Shown here in pieces: positions 44,788 to 55,000 of a stretch of DNA of 64,000 nt (positions are counted from its first letter, which is position 1; every line of letters begins with the position of its first letter). The notes under the pieces were generated by a model. It had not been told where the DNA came from, made no database searches, and saw only the letters and a program-made list of their open reading frames with translations. The DNA is from an uncultured Collinsella sp. (lineage in GTDB: Bacteria > Actinomycetota > Coriobacteriia > Coriobacteriales > Coriobacteriaceae). The DNA is taken from assembly GCA_902495355.1 (NCBI GenBank), contig CABUWV010000007.1, positions 33,686-97,685 on the forward strand, given 5' to 3'. Position numbers and translations under genes: made by a program.

Positions 44788-47700
44788 ATGAGCAAACTCG
44801 TCGAGGGCATTAAAGACCGTGTGGTCGCTGTCGCACGCGAGGCTGCGCCCGCCGTGGTGGACGCCGCGCAGAAGGCCGCGACCGCGGCTGCCGAGAAAGT
44901 TGCTGAGGCAGTTGCCGATGCCAAGAACGTGGCAGGGGAGACGTCCGTCGTCAGCGAGCCCGCCACCGCCGCTGAGCCCGTAGCCGCCGCCCAGGCCCCC
45001 GAAGGCGCGATCTTCAACCCCGAGGCCGCCCGCGGCAACCTGCACCTGGGTATCGACGTGGGCTCCACCACCGTTAAGCTCGCCGTGCTCAACGACGACA
45101 ACCAGATTGTCTATGCCAAGTACCAGCGCCACCACACCGACGTCCGTGCCTGCGCCCGCGACCTGTTCGAGGGCGCTGCGACCGTGCTGCCGATGGCCCA
45201 GATGACCTGCGCCATTACCGGCTCGGGCGGCCTGCTGCTGTCCCAGTGGCTCGACCTGGAGTTTGTCCAGGAGGTCATCGCCAGCAAGCGTGCCGTCGAG
45301 ACCCTCATCCCGGCCACCGATGTCGCCATCGAGCTGGGCGGCGAGGACGCCAAGATCATCTACTTCGACAACGGCATCGAGCAGCGCATGAACGGCACCT
45401 GCGCCGGCGGCACGGGCGCCTTCATCGACCAGATGGCCACTCTGCTGCACACCGACGCCAGCGGCCTTAACGAACTCGCGGCCAACGCCACCACCATCTA
45501 TCCCATCGCCAGCCGCTGCGGCGTTTTTGCCAAGACCGACGTGCAGCCGCTGCTCAACGAAGGCGCCCGTCCCGAGGACGTCGCCGCTTCCATCTTCCAA
45601 GCCGTCGTGACCCAGACCATCTCGGGTCTGGCGTGCGGCCGTCCCATCCGCGGCAACGTCGCCTTCCTGGGCGGCCCGCTGCAGTACCTCTCCGAGCTGC
45701 GCCACCGCTTCTACCTCACGCTCAACCTGGACGAGGAGCACCGCATTGTGCCCCAAAACGCTCACCTGTTTGTGGCGAGCGGCGCCGCCATGGCGCATGA
45801 GTCCAACAAGCTCAGCACGTTCCCGCAGCTCATCGAGGCCATCGACAGCCTGGGCGACACGCAGGGTGCCGAGGTCGAGCGCCTGGATCCGCTCTTTGCC
45901 ACCGATGAGGACTTTGCCGAGTTCAAGAACCGCCACGACCAGGAAGTCGTCCCCAAGGGCAAGCTCGACGGCTACACCGGCCGCGTGTTCATTGGCATCG
46001 ACGCCGGTTCCACCACCATGAAGGCCGCGCTCGTGGGCGAGGACGGCCAGCTGCTGCACACCTGGTACGGCAACAACAACGGCGACATCCTGGGCACGGC
46101 CAAGGTCATCATGGCCGATTTCTACAACCACATCCCCGTCGGCTGCACTATCGGCCACGTGACCACCACGGGCTACGGCGAGGCGCTGCTCATCGAGGCC
46201 CTCAAGGCCGATTCCGGCGAGATCGAGACCGTTGCGCACCTGCGCGGCGCCAAGGCATTCCTGCCCGGCGTCGAGTTTATCCTGGACATCGGCGGCCAGG
46301 ACATGAAGTGTCTGCGCGTCAAGGACGGCGTTATCGAGCACATCATGCTCAACGAGGCCTGCTCGTCGGGTTGCGGTAGCTTTATCGAGAGCTTCGCCGT
46401 CTCTATGAACATGGACGTGCGCGCGTTCGCCGATGCCGCCATCCATGCCAAGGCCCCGGTCGACCTGGGCAGTCGCTGCACGGTCTTTATGAACTCGCGC
46501 GTCAAGCAGGCGCAAAAGGAAGGCGCCACGGTGGGCGACATCGCGGCCGGCCTGTCCTATTCCGTCATCAAGAATGCCCTGTTCAAGGTCATTAAGCTGC
46601 GCGACCCCAAGGAGATCGGCAGCCAGGTGATCGTTCAGGGCGGCACCTTTATGTCCGATGCCACGCTGCGCGCGTTTGAGCAGCTCACCGGCGTTCATGC
46701 CGTGCGTCCTGATATCGCCGGCTGTATGGGCGCTTACGGTGCGGCCCTGCTCGCCCGCGATCGCGCCGGCGCCGACGGCACTTCGACCATTCTTTCTGCC
46801 GAGGACATCGCACACCTCACCGTGACGCAAAAACACGTCCGCTGCGGCCGTTGCTCCAACAACTGCCAGCTCACCGTCAACGATTTTGGCGGCGGCAGAC
46901 GCTTTATCACCGGCAATCGCTGCGAGAAGGGTGCCGGCCACAAAAAGCAAAAGACCGAGGCTCCCAACCTCTTCAAAAAGAAAAACGAGCTGCTGTTTAA
47001 CCGCGAGGTGCTGAGCCCCGACGAGGCCCCGCGCGGCACCGTCGGCATCCCGCGCGCGCTCAACATGTACGAGAACTACCCCTTCTGGCATGCGTTCTTT
47101 ACGCGCCTGGGCTTTAGCGTACAGCTGTCCGACCAGTCGAGCAAAAAGACCTACCAGGCGGGCATCGAGTCCATGCCGTCCGAGAGCGTGTGCTATCCGG
47201 CCAAGATGAGCCACGGCCACGTGATGAACCTCATCGACCGTGACGTCGACTTTATCTGGATGCCGTGCGTGCGCTGGGAGCGCAAAGAGGACCCGACGGC
47301 TGGCAATTGCTATAACTGTCCCATCGTTATGAGCTACCCCACGGCGCTGGCGCTCAACATCGATGAGATCCGCGAGCAGAACATCGAGTTCCTGTACCCG
47401 TTTGTGCCCTATCACGACAAGACCGAGCTCAAGCGCCGTCTGTACCAGGTGCTCGCCGTCGACCGTGTGGCCGATGCCGAGGCCGGTCGCGGTCGCGTGC
47501 GTGGACCCAAGATCACGCGCTCCGAGGTCGATGCCGCCGTCAACGCTGCCTTTGAGGCCGATGCGCGTTTCCACGAGGATATCCAGACCATGGGCGAGGA
47601 GGCTCTTAAGTGGGTCGAGGACCACGGCGGCCACGGCATTGTACTCGCCGGCCGTCCTTACCACAACGACCCCGAGATCAACCACGCCCTGCCTGAGCTT

Positions 47701-49569
47701 ATCTCGAGCTTTGGCTTTGCGGTCTTTACCGAGGATTCGCTCGCGCATCTCGTGAAGCCCGAGCGTCCGATTCGCGTCGTTGACCAGTGGATGTACCACA
47801 GCCGCCTGTACGCCGTCGCCCGTTTTGTGACGATGCGCAACGACCTGGACCTGATCCAGCTCAATTCCTTCGGCTGCGGTCTGGATGCTCTGACCACCGA
47901 TCAGGTTCAGGAGATTCTGGAAGCCAGCGGCAAGATCTACACCGTGCTCAAGATCGATGAGGTGTCCAACCTGGGCGCCGCGCGCATCCGCATCCGCTCG
48001 CTCATGGCGGCGCTCAAGGACCAGGAGGCCGAGCGCTTGGCCGAGGCCACGGCCGCGGGCGAGGCCTACGAGCAGGGCGACGCCGCGCCGGTGGCGCCCT
48101 CCACGGATGCCCCCGCGTTCGCGAGCCGCAAGTACACGTTTGAGGCTCAGCGTGAGAGTGCTTCGACCGCGTGGCCCAAGGTGCCCTTTACCGAGCAGAT
48201 GCGCGAGGAGGGCTACACCATCCTGTGCCCGCAGATGGCGCCGATCCACTTTGACCTGGTCAAAGAGGTGTTCCGTGGTGCTGGCTACAACTTGGAGCTG
48301 CTGCCCTCGACCGATCACGATGCCGTCGAGGCCGGCCTGCGCTACGTGAACAATGACATTTGCTATCCGTCCATTTTGGTGACCGGCCAGATTATGGAGG
48401 CCATCGAGAGCGGTCGGTACGACCTCTCCAAGACGGCCGTGGTTATCAGCCAGACCGGTGGCGGCTGCCGTGCCACCAACTACATCGCACTCATCCGCAA
48501 GGCCCTGCGCGAAAGCGGCCACCCCGAGATCCCGGTGATCTCGCTTTCTGCCGTGGCGCTCGGCGAGGACAACCCCGGCTTTAAGATTACGCCGGCGCTG
48601 CTTAAGCAGGCCGTGTACGCGGTGCTCTTTGGCGACGTGATGATGCAGATGCTCTACCGCTGCCGCCCGTACGAGGCTACGCCCGGTGCGGCGAACGCGC
48701 TCTACGAGGAGTACATGGCGCGCGCCCGCAAGCTGGCGCCTAAGTTCAACCGCCACAACTACACCAAGCTGTGCCGCGAGGCCATCCGTGCGTTCGACAC
48801 CATGCCGCTCGTGGGCGAGGGCACCAAGCCGCGCGTGGGCGTGGTTGGCGAGATCTTGGTTAAGTTCCACCCCACGGCCAACAACCATGTGGTCGATGTT
48901 ATCGAGCGCGAGGGCTGCGAGGCCGTGGTGCCGGGCCTGCTCGACTTCTTCCTGTACTCCATGAGCAACGCCGAGCTGCAGAAGGACGAGCTGGGTAGCT
49001 CTGCCACTACGCGCGCGGGCATGCAGGCGCTTATTAAGCTCGTGGACTGGATGCGTACGCCGGTGGAGGAGATGCTCGAAAAGTCTCGCCGCTTTGAGGC
49101 GCCCGAGCGCATCGGTACCATGGCCGACAAGGCCCGCACGGTGCTTTCGGTGTGCAACAACATGGGCGAGGGCTGGCTGCTCACGGCCGAGATGCTCGAC
49201 CTGATCGACCACGGCGCACCCAACATCATCTGCACGCAGCCCTTCGCGTGCCTGCCTAACCACGTGGTGGGCAAGGCCGTGATCAAGGAGCTGCGCCGCC
49301 AGCACCCCGAGAGCAACATTGTTGCGGTGGACTATGATCCCGGCGCGTCTGAGGTCAACCAGCTCAACCGTATTAAGCTCATGATCAGCGTGGCCAAGGA
49401 AAACATGCGCGCCGGCAAGGGCTTTAAGCTCGAGAAGGTGGCGCCGCTCGCGATGGACGAGGTCACCGGCCAGATGCGTGCCCACGATGGCTGCGTGAGC
49501 TGCGGACCGGCCAGCGAGGAGGCCGTTGCATCGGTCGCCGAGCGTCTGGGACGCGGCATTAAGAAGTAA
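44788..49569 (+). CDS. 1593-aa fusion: Ala-rich N-terminus, two BcrAD/BadFG-type activase ATPase domains, Cys-rich linker, 'CoA enzyme activase' uncharacterised domain and 2-hydroxyacyl-CoA dehydratase D-component-like domain
   Basis: GIDVGSTTVK...NGTCAGGTGAFID and GIDAGSTTMK...NEACSSGCGSFIE (two activase modules), CGRCSNNCQ...GNRCEKG, and PRALNMYENYPFW...SVCYPAK. Confidence 0.85.
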   Translation: MSKLVEGIKDRVVAVAREAAPAVVDAAQKAATAAAEKVAEAVADAKNVAGETSVVSEPATAAEPVAAAQAPEGAIFNPEAARGNLHLGIDVGSTTVKLAVLNDDNQIVYAKYQRHHTDVRACARDLFEGAATVLPMAQMTCAITGSGGLLLSQWLDLEFVQEVIASKRAVETLIPATDVAIELGGEDAKIIYFDNGIEQRMNGTCAGGTGAFIDQMATLLHTDASGLNELAANATTIYPIASRCGVFAKTDVQPLLNEGARPEDVAASIFQAVVTQTISGLACGRPIRGNVAFLGGPLQYLSELRHRFYLTLNLDEEHRIVPQNAHLFVASGAAMAHESNKLSTFPQLIEAIDSLGDTQGAEVERLDPLFATDEDFAEFKNRHDQEVVPKGKLDGYTGRVFIGIDAGSTTMKAALVGEDGQLLHTWYGNNNGDILGTAKVIMADFYNHIPVGCTIGHVTTTGYGEALLIEALKADSGEIETVAHLRGAKAFLPGVEFILDIGGQDMKCLRVKDGVIEHIMLNEACSSGCGSFIESFAVSMNMDVRAFADAAIHAKAPVDLGSRCTVFMNSRVKQAQKEGATVGDIAAGLSYSVIKNALFKVIKLRDPKEIGSQVIVQGGTFMSDATLRAFEQLTGVHAVRPDIAGCMGAYGAALLARDRAGADGTSTILSAEDIAHLTVTQKHVRCGRCSNNCQLTVNDFGGGRRFITGNRCEKGAGHKKQKTEAPNLFKKKNELLFNREVLSPDEAPRGTVGIPRALNMYENYPFWHAFFTRLGFSVQLSDQSSKKTYQAGIESMPSESVCYPAKMSHGHVMNLIDRDVDFIWMPCVRWERKEDPTAGNCYNCPIVMSYPTALALNIDEIREQNIEFLYPFVPYHDKTELKRRLYQVLAVDRVADAEAGRGRVRGPKITRSEVDAAVNAAFEADARFHEDIQTMGEEALKWVEDHGGHGIVLAGRPYHNDPEINHALPELISSFGFAVFTEDSLAHLVKPERPIRVVDQWMYHSRLYAVARFVTMRNDLDLIQLNSFGCGLDALTTDQVQEILEASGKIYTVLKIDEVSNLGAARIRIRSLMAALKDQEAERLAEATAAGEAYEQGDAAPVAPSTDAPAFASRKYTFEAQRESASTAWPKVPFTEQMREEGYTILCPQMAPIHFDLVKEVFRGAGYNLELLPSTDHDAVEAGLRYVNNDICYPSILVTGQIMEAIESGRYDLSKTAVVISQTGGGCRATNYIALIRKALRESGHPEIPVISLSAVALGEDNPGFKITPALLKQAVYAVLFGDVMMQMLYRCRPYEATPGAANALYEEYMARARKLAPKFNRHNYTKLCREAIRAFDTMPLVGEGTKPRVGVVGEILVKFHPTANNHVVDVIEREGCEAVVPGLLDFFLYSMSNAELQKDELGSSATTRAGMQALIKLVDWMRTPVEEMLEKSRRFEAPERIGTMADKARTVLSVCNNMGEGWLLTAEMLDLIDHGAPNIICTQPFACLPNHVVGKAVIKELRRQHPESNIVAVDYDPGASEVNQLNRIKLMISVAKENMRAGKGFKLEKVAPLAMDEVTGQMRAHDGCVSCGPASEEAVASVAERLGRGIKK

Positions 49570-49596
49570 CTGGCCTGCTTTGGGCTAGATATGAGG

Positions 49597-49635
49597 CAAA
49601 CGGGTGATAGCCGTACCGGTTACCACCCGTTTTTG
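49597..49635 (+). terminator. intrinsic terminator after the giant gene
   Basis: AAACGGGTG...CACCCGTTT stem followed by TTG. Confidence 0.6.
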
Positions 49636-49654
49636 CTGGACACATGTTGCGTAA

Positions 49655-49875
49655 ATGACCTTGCTACAGCCTTCCGTGGGCTTGCCCGATTTTTGGGCCG
49701 GTTCGGGCTTTGAGGACAAGTTACTGCAGGCCCAAGGCGATTTTTCGCTCAACGCGGGCCAGCACAGCGTGACCTATCTGCCAAACGACGAGATGATCGC
49801 TGCGGACTGCCCATCGCCACCTACGAGATGGAAGCCGAGAAGTACATCTACCGCGTGTACAAGTACGAGCTGTAG
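49655..49875 (+). pseudogene. possible frameshifted gene remnant
   Basis: Protein-like text in one frame (GFEDKLLQAQGDFSLNAGQHSVTYLPNDEMIAAD) continues in another (GLPIATYEMEAEKYIYRVYKYEL, stop at 49873-49875). No family recognised. Confidence 0.2.
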
Positions 49876-50065
49876 GGCCGCGCTTAGGTTTGACCAATGG
49901 AGTATGAAAACACGCCGTTCGCCGATGCCCCCTCCGCGAGTGGCAGCCATATGGTTTGATGTCAGAAACATATAGTTGTCGCTAGCCTGCTGGCGACGTT
50001 CTCCCTGATATCGGAGGTTCCAGGTATGTTTCGCGCTCCGTTAAACAACTATCGGTTGGGCTAAC

Positions 50066-50515
50066 ATGGGTCGCCGTGCTATTTCGATAGCCCTTGCAGT
50101 GGTCTGCCTGGCTGTGCTACTGGGCGCTACAGGGCTGTTTGCTATAAGCCGAGAAACGTCCTATATGCAGGAATGCGCTTCCGAAGGGTTTGCCATTGAT
50201 GGTTTCTATCGGGATGACAAAACGAGTCGGGAAACCCTGGCTTTTCTTGAGGAGGACAACTGTCGATGGCAGCTGGTCGACCAAGACGGAATCTGCACAG
50301 ACGGACAGTTTAAGCGTACGGATGACCCCAACATCCTGATATTAAAGAAGGAAAACGGCGAAGAATTCGGTACGGTCCACGTGGCGTATATGTCACGCCG
50401 ACGCGAGCAGGGCCAGCTCTATCTATTTAGAGATAGCAAAGTGACCCGGTTTTATCTGGTGAGCACCGATCCGGCGTTTACGGTGGAGTCTGGCGATGTC
50501 GATGCGGACGTCTGA
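50066..50515 (+). CDS. hypothetical membrane-anchored protein
   Basis: N-terminal TM/signal anchor (AISIALAVVCLAVLLGATGLFAI). No recognisable domain. Weak RBS. Confidence 0.45.
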   Translation: MGRRAISIALAVVCLAVLLGATGLFAISRETSYMQECASEGFAIDGFYRDDKTSRETLAFLEEDNCRWQLVDQDGICTDGQFKRTDDPNILILKKENGEEFGTVHVAYMSRRREQGQLYLFRDSKVTRFYLVSTDPAFTVESGDVDADV

Positions 50516-50640
50516 TTCACGGCAATAAAACAGCGAGCGGGGCTCGGGTGTGAACTGCACCCCGCAATTTGCTCGTGTCCGTATCGCGTCTGCGCCTCGT
50601 CGTAACTTGCGTCCGTGCGAGCATTCATCCCGCGCCGGCA

Positions 50641-51780
50641 TCACTTCACATCAAACTCCACGCGATCGAGTTCGGGCACGTTGAGGTCAATGAGCTTGCG
50701 GCCGACGCGGCGGTCGTGTGCCCCAAGCGCCTCGCTTGTCGTCACATGGGCGACGATTTCGCGCTTTACAATGCCTTCCTCGTCCCCTTCGGTGGCCGAG
50801 GTCTCGACGGCGACGGTGTAATCCTTAAAGCCTGGCAGCACCGCCGCAAGCTCGCGCGTGGTTTCGGTGACGCCGTAGCCGTCCTGCACGCCGGCCTGCG
50901 CCGAGCCAATGGAACCCGCCGTCATAACAATGCAGGGGATGGTAAAAATCACCGTGCCCACAATGATGCGGCGGCGCACCTTGCGCGACAGCTCATCGAC
51001 CTCGGCGTCTTCCTCGGCCGTTACGACGCCGTCGCCGTTGAGGTCGCGCTTGAGCGGTACACGCAAAAGAAGCAATACGGCTTCGGCTGCCAGCGCGATA
51101 AAGACGACGTTGATGCCAAACTCGTAAAGGGCCGAGAGGAACAGCGGCCCGCTCGCGATAGCGATGCCGTAACCAGCCGCGCACAGGGGCGGCATGAGCG
51201 CGGTGGCCACGGCCACGCCGGCGATGAGCGTGGCGGGTTCCTGGTCGCGCGAGTTGCCCAGGCCGCCCGCAAAGCCGCCCGCGAGCGCGACGGCAAGGTC
51301 CCATACGGTGGGTGTCGAGTTGTCGATGATGGCCGCCGTGGTGGTGCCAAGGGGCGAGAGCTTAAAGTACAGCGTGGACGTGACCAGGCAAAAGACCATT
51401 TGCAGCGCGAGACCGGCGACGGCCTCGACGGCAATCTCGCGGTCGAGCGTGGCGATGCCGTATGCCATGGCAAGGACCGAGCCCATGAGCGGGCAGATGA
51501 GCATGGCACCTACAATGGCGATGTCCGAGTCGATATCGAGACCGATGCTCGCGATGAGCATGGCGATGATGAGGATGCATAGGTGAGAGCCGGTCAGGCG
51601 TGCCCCGTTTACAAAGCGCTTGCGAATCACGTGGTAGGGCGCGCGACCCTCGCGAATGTTGAATGCGCGCTTTAAAAAGCGACCAGCCTGTTCGGCAGCC
51701 TCACTATGGGCAGGGCGGATGCCATGGCGCCGGTGATGGCGTTCACGCAGTCGCTTGATCTGTTGTTTGTCGAGTCCCAT
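50641..51780 (-). CDS. DUF389-family integral membrane protein
   Basis: LCILIIAMLIASIGLDIDSDIAIVGAMLICPLMG motif block. Start is moved to the ATG at 51780. Confidence 0.7.
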   Translation of the reverse strand: MGLDKQQIKRLRERHHRRHGIRPAHSEAAEQAGRFLKRAFNIREGRAPYHVIRKRFVNGARLTGSHLCILIIAMLIASIGLDIDSDIAIVGAMLICPLMGSVLAMAYGIATLDREIAVEAVAGLALQMVFCLVTSTLYFKLSPLGTTTAAIIDNSTPTVWDLAVALAGGFAGGLGNSRDQEPATLIAGVAVATALMPPLCAAGYGIAIASGPLFLSALYEFGINVVFIALAAEAVLLLLRVPLKRDLNGDGVVTAEEDAEVDELSRKVRRRIIVGTVIFTIPCIVMTAGSIGSAQAGVQDGYGVTETTRELAAVLPGFKDYTVAVETSATEGDEEGIVKREIVAHVTTSEALGAHDRRVGRKLIDLNVPELDRVEFDVK

Positions 51781-52087
51781 GTCCACCTCGTTCCAGCGCG
51801 GTCCGCGCAACGCGCCCGTTGTCCTAACTCTACACCGTGGCGGGCGGGGTGTCTGTTGGATGCGGAATCCGATAGGGCGGATGACGCGGGAGCAAATGCA
51901 AATCACAGGTTCAATTCCATCCCGCGAGAATATGATGCACCAGCTCCTTCAAATGTGACGAAACTGTGAAGCACGAGAGCGTGAATTTCAAATAATACGC
52001 TGGTCGCCAATGTTGCGCAACAGAATTCAAAAATCGACAGCTACCGTTTGATACGTATGGATACATCCGTGTCAAAGGGAGAAAGCC

Positions 52088-55000
52088 ATGGCAAACTACA
52101 GTCCACAACACTTTGAGCCTCGGGCTAAGGCCGTCAACGTCAAGGGCGTTGCCAACCGCGCCGTCGCAACCGTTTTGACGGCGGGCCTCATCGCTCAGCC
52201 GCTCATGTCGCCGCTGGCGGCAATCGCGGCACCGTCAACCGATAACGGCGATTCTGTTCAGGGGGGGTAGTTCTGTAGAGAACACCGTTGTCGCCGGTAA
52301 CCAAGCGGTCGCAAAGACGGCTGCCCAGCTGGCCGAGGAGTCGGCAAAGCAGCTCAAGGACGCTCAGGCCGCCTACGATGCCGCCCAGAAGAAGGCCGAC
52401 GCGGCGGGCCAGTCTCAAAAGCAGGCGCAGCAGCAAAAGAATCAGGCCTCGCAGGCAGTAAGCGACAACGAAATCGAGCAGAACGCAGCAGAAGTCGCCG
52501 CGCTCCAGGAGAAGATCGACGAGCTTAAGGCGGCCGTCGAAAAGACCGAGCAGCAGCAGAAGAAGCTGGGCGACCTCAACGATCAGCTCGATCAGGCCAA
52601 CAAGAGTGTCGAGGATAAGACCCAGGCGCTCAAGGACGCCAAGGCAAAGCAGGATGAGGCCAAGAAGGCCCTCGACGATGCACAGGCCAAGCTCGAGGCC
52701 ATGGGTATGGACGAGTACGAGGCCGCCAAGAGGGCCGTCGAGGACGCGCAGGCAAAGCTCGATGACGCCAATAAGGCCGTTGCTACTGCACAGGCCAATC
52801 TGGACCAGGCCAAGGCTGCCGAGGCTAGCGCCCAGCAGGAAAAGAAGGACACTGAGGCCGCTCTGACGACTGCCCAGGCCAAGAAGCAGGAGACTGCCGC
52901 TGCGCTCGCAGCCGCAACCACCGCGCGCGATAACGCCCAGCAGAAGTTCAACCAGGCGCAGGCCGCGCTCGATGCTGCCGTCTCGGGTACGGGTGTCGAC
53001 CTGAGTGCGCTTGAGGCCGCCAAGATCGCTGCTGCTGGTGAGCTCAAGACCGCGCAGGCGGAGCTCAATGCCGCGACGGATGCCGACGCCACCGCACAGA
53101 CAAATCTGCAGGCCGCCCAGGCTGCCGTCGCTGCCGCGCAGGAGAAGGCCAACGCCGCCAACGCTGCTGTGGCATCTGCCCAGTCTGCATACGATGCGGC
53201 AAACAAGGAGTACAAGGACGCGGCCAGTAAGCGTGACGCCGCGAAGACGGCATACGAGCAGGCCCAGCAGACCGAGGCCGACAAGAAGGCTGAGTACGAC
53301 CGACTCGTCGAGATTCGTCAGCAGAAGAGCAACGAGTTCGATCAGGCTCGTGCTGAAGTAACCGACGCGCACAATGCATACGACGCCGCAAACGCCGAGG
53401 TCGAGAAGCTTAACCAGCAGATTGCCGACCTCAAGTCGAACATGACCGTAGATCAGAATGTCATCAACCAGGGTATGTTCGGCTTCATGAACTACATCAT
53501 CGGCGGCAGCCAGTTCACGGCCACGCAGAAAAAGAATGCCCAGGAAGCCGCATCGATGCTGACCGGTGCCGCTGACAAGGCCGAATGGTATGACAAGTAC
53601 GTCGATCAGGACATGTCTCGCGACACCAATCCGCTTTCCTTGGAGCAGATGCGCAACGCCCTGACCTACCTCGATACCCAGAACAACCTCCGCAAGGCGA
53701 ACGGTCAGTCGGAGCTCAGCGTCAGCCTCCGCATGACTGCGGCAGCCGCACTTAATACATCATATTCATCGAACATCTGGGGACACTCGAACTGCTATTT
53801 CGATCAAGGTGAGAACCTTGCGGGCGGCGGCGGAGCATACACCGGAGGCGAAACCGAGGATACCCTCGGCTGGCCATATACCGGTCTCTACACCCAGGAG
53901 AAAGAGGCATTCGATAAGTACGTTGCACAGTATGGCGACGAACTCGGCAGCCACCGATATGATTCCTACTATATCTACCAGCACTACAACAGCATCTACC
54001 ATGAGTGCGGACACTATCTCAATATCATCGATGCCGGTGCGAAGGCTATCGGCATCGCAACTGGTAGCGGTAAGAACACCGATTCCGAGGTAACCATTTT
54101 CGACTATAGTGGAAGCACGGGGCAGAAGGACTTCACTGTCTCCGAGTTCAAGAAGCTCGTCACCGACTATATCGATTCTGCTTACAATGCAGGCGGCACT
54201 CAGGAGCAGAAGGAGCAGCTGAAGCAGCTACAGAATAAGCTGGCGGAGGCGCAGAAGAACTTCGGGACTGCCGGAACGGCTTATTCTGACGCATTGGATA
54301 AGCAAGAAAGCTCTCGCGACGCCTATACCGCGGCCGACACGAACATGAACACCGCCAAGGGCGAGTATGAGAAGGCTAAGTCCGGTACCGCCGCCGCGAA
54401 GACGGCATACGACGCTGCGAAGGACGCACTCGGCGGAATCGACATCGAGTCCCTCAAGCAGAACCTCGATGCCGCCAAGGCCGAGGCCGCTACTGCCCAG
54501 GCGGCTCTCGATAAGGCAAACGCCACGCTTGCTGACAGTAAGACGAAGGCAGCCGAGGCCGCTGCTCACAAGGCGAAGGCTCGCAGCGCCCGCGATGCCG
54601 CCAAGGCAAAGTCCGAACAGGCCAATGAGGCGTATGACAACGCTACCGCTTCGGTCAAGGACCTTGCCGCCAAGTGCGATGCCGCCAAGACGGATCTTGC
54701 GAACAAGCAGGGCACGCTTAACGATGCCAAGAAGGCCGACGACACTGCCCAGGCTGGCGTTGACAAGGCTCAGGCCGCAGATGTGCACGCCGCGACCGCT
54801 CTTTCGGGCGCCAAGCAGGCAGTTGCCGCCAAGACGCAGACCCTGTCCGACGCACAGGCGAAGGCCAAGGCTGCCGAGGGCGAACTGGCCGGCGCAAACA
54901 AGGCCTTCGAGCGCTTCGCTGGAGCCCAGAAGGCGGTCGACGACGCCAAGGCCGCCTATGACGCCGCCGTCGCCGGTGTCGCCGATGCCCAGAAGCAGCT

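Noticed and set aside
44773-49485. 1570-aa ORF on the minus strand, nearly as long as the plus-strand gene
   Set aside because: It lies exactly antisense to the 1593-aa gene, which has unmistakable activase/dehydratase motifs. Its translation is Gly/Arg/Ala/His/Val/Leu-rich with no motif. This is the typical stop-poor shadow frame of a high-GC gene.
51908-51918. GGTTCAATTCC, a tRNA T-loop-like string in the DUF389/surface-protein intergenic region
   Set aside because: The flanking bases do not form a T-stem, acceptor stem or anticodon arm. At most it is a tRNA-fragment relic, not a tRNA gene.
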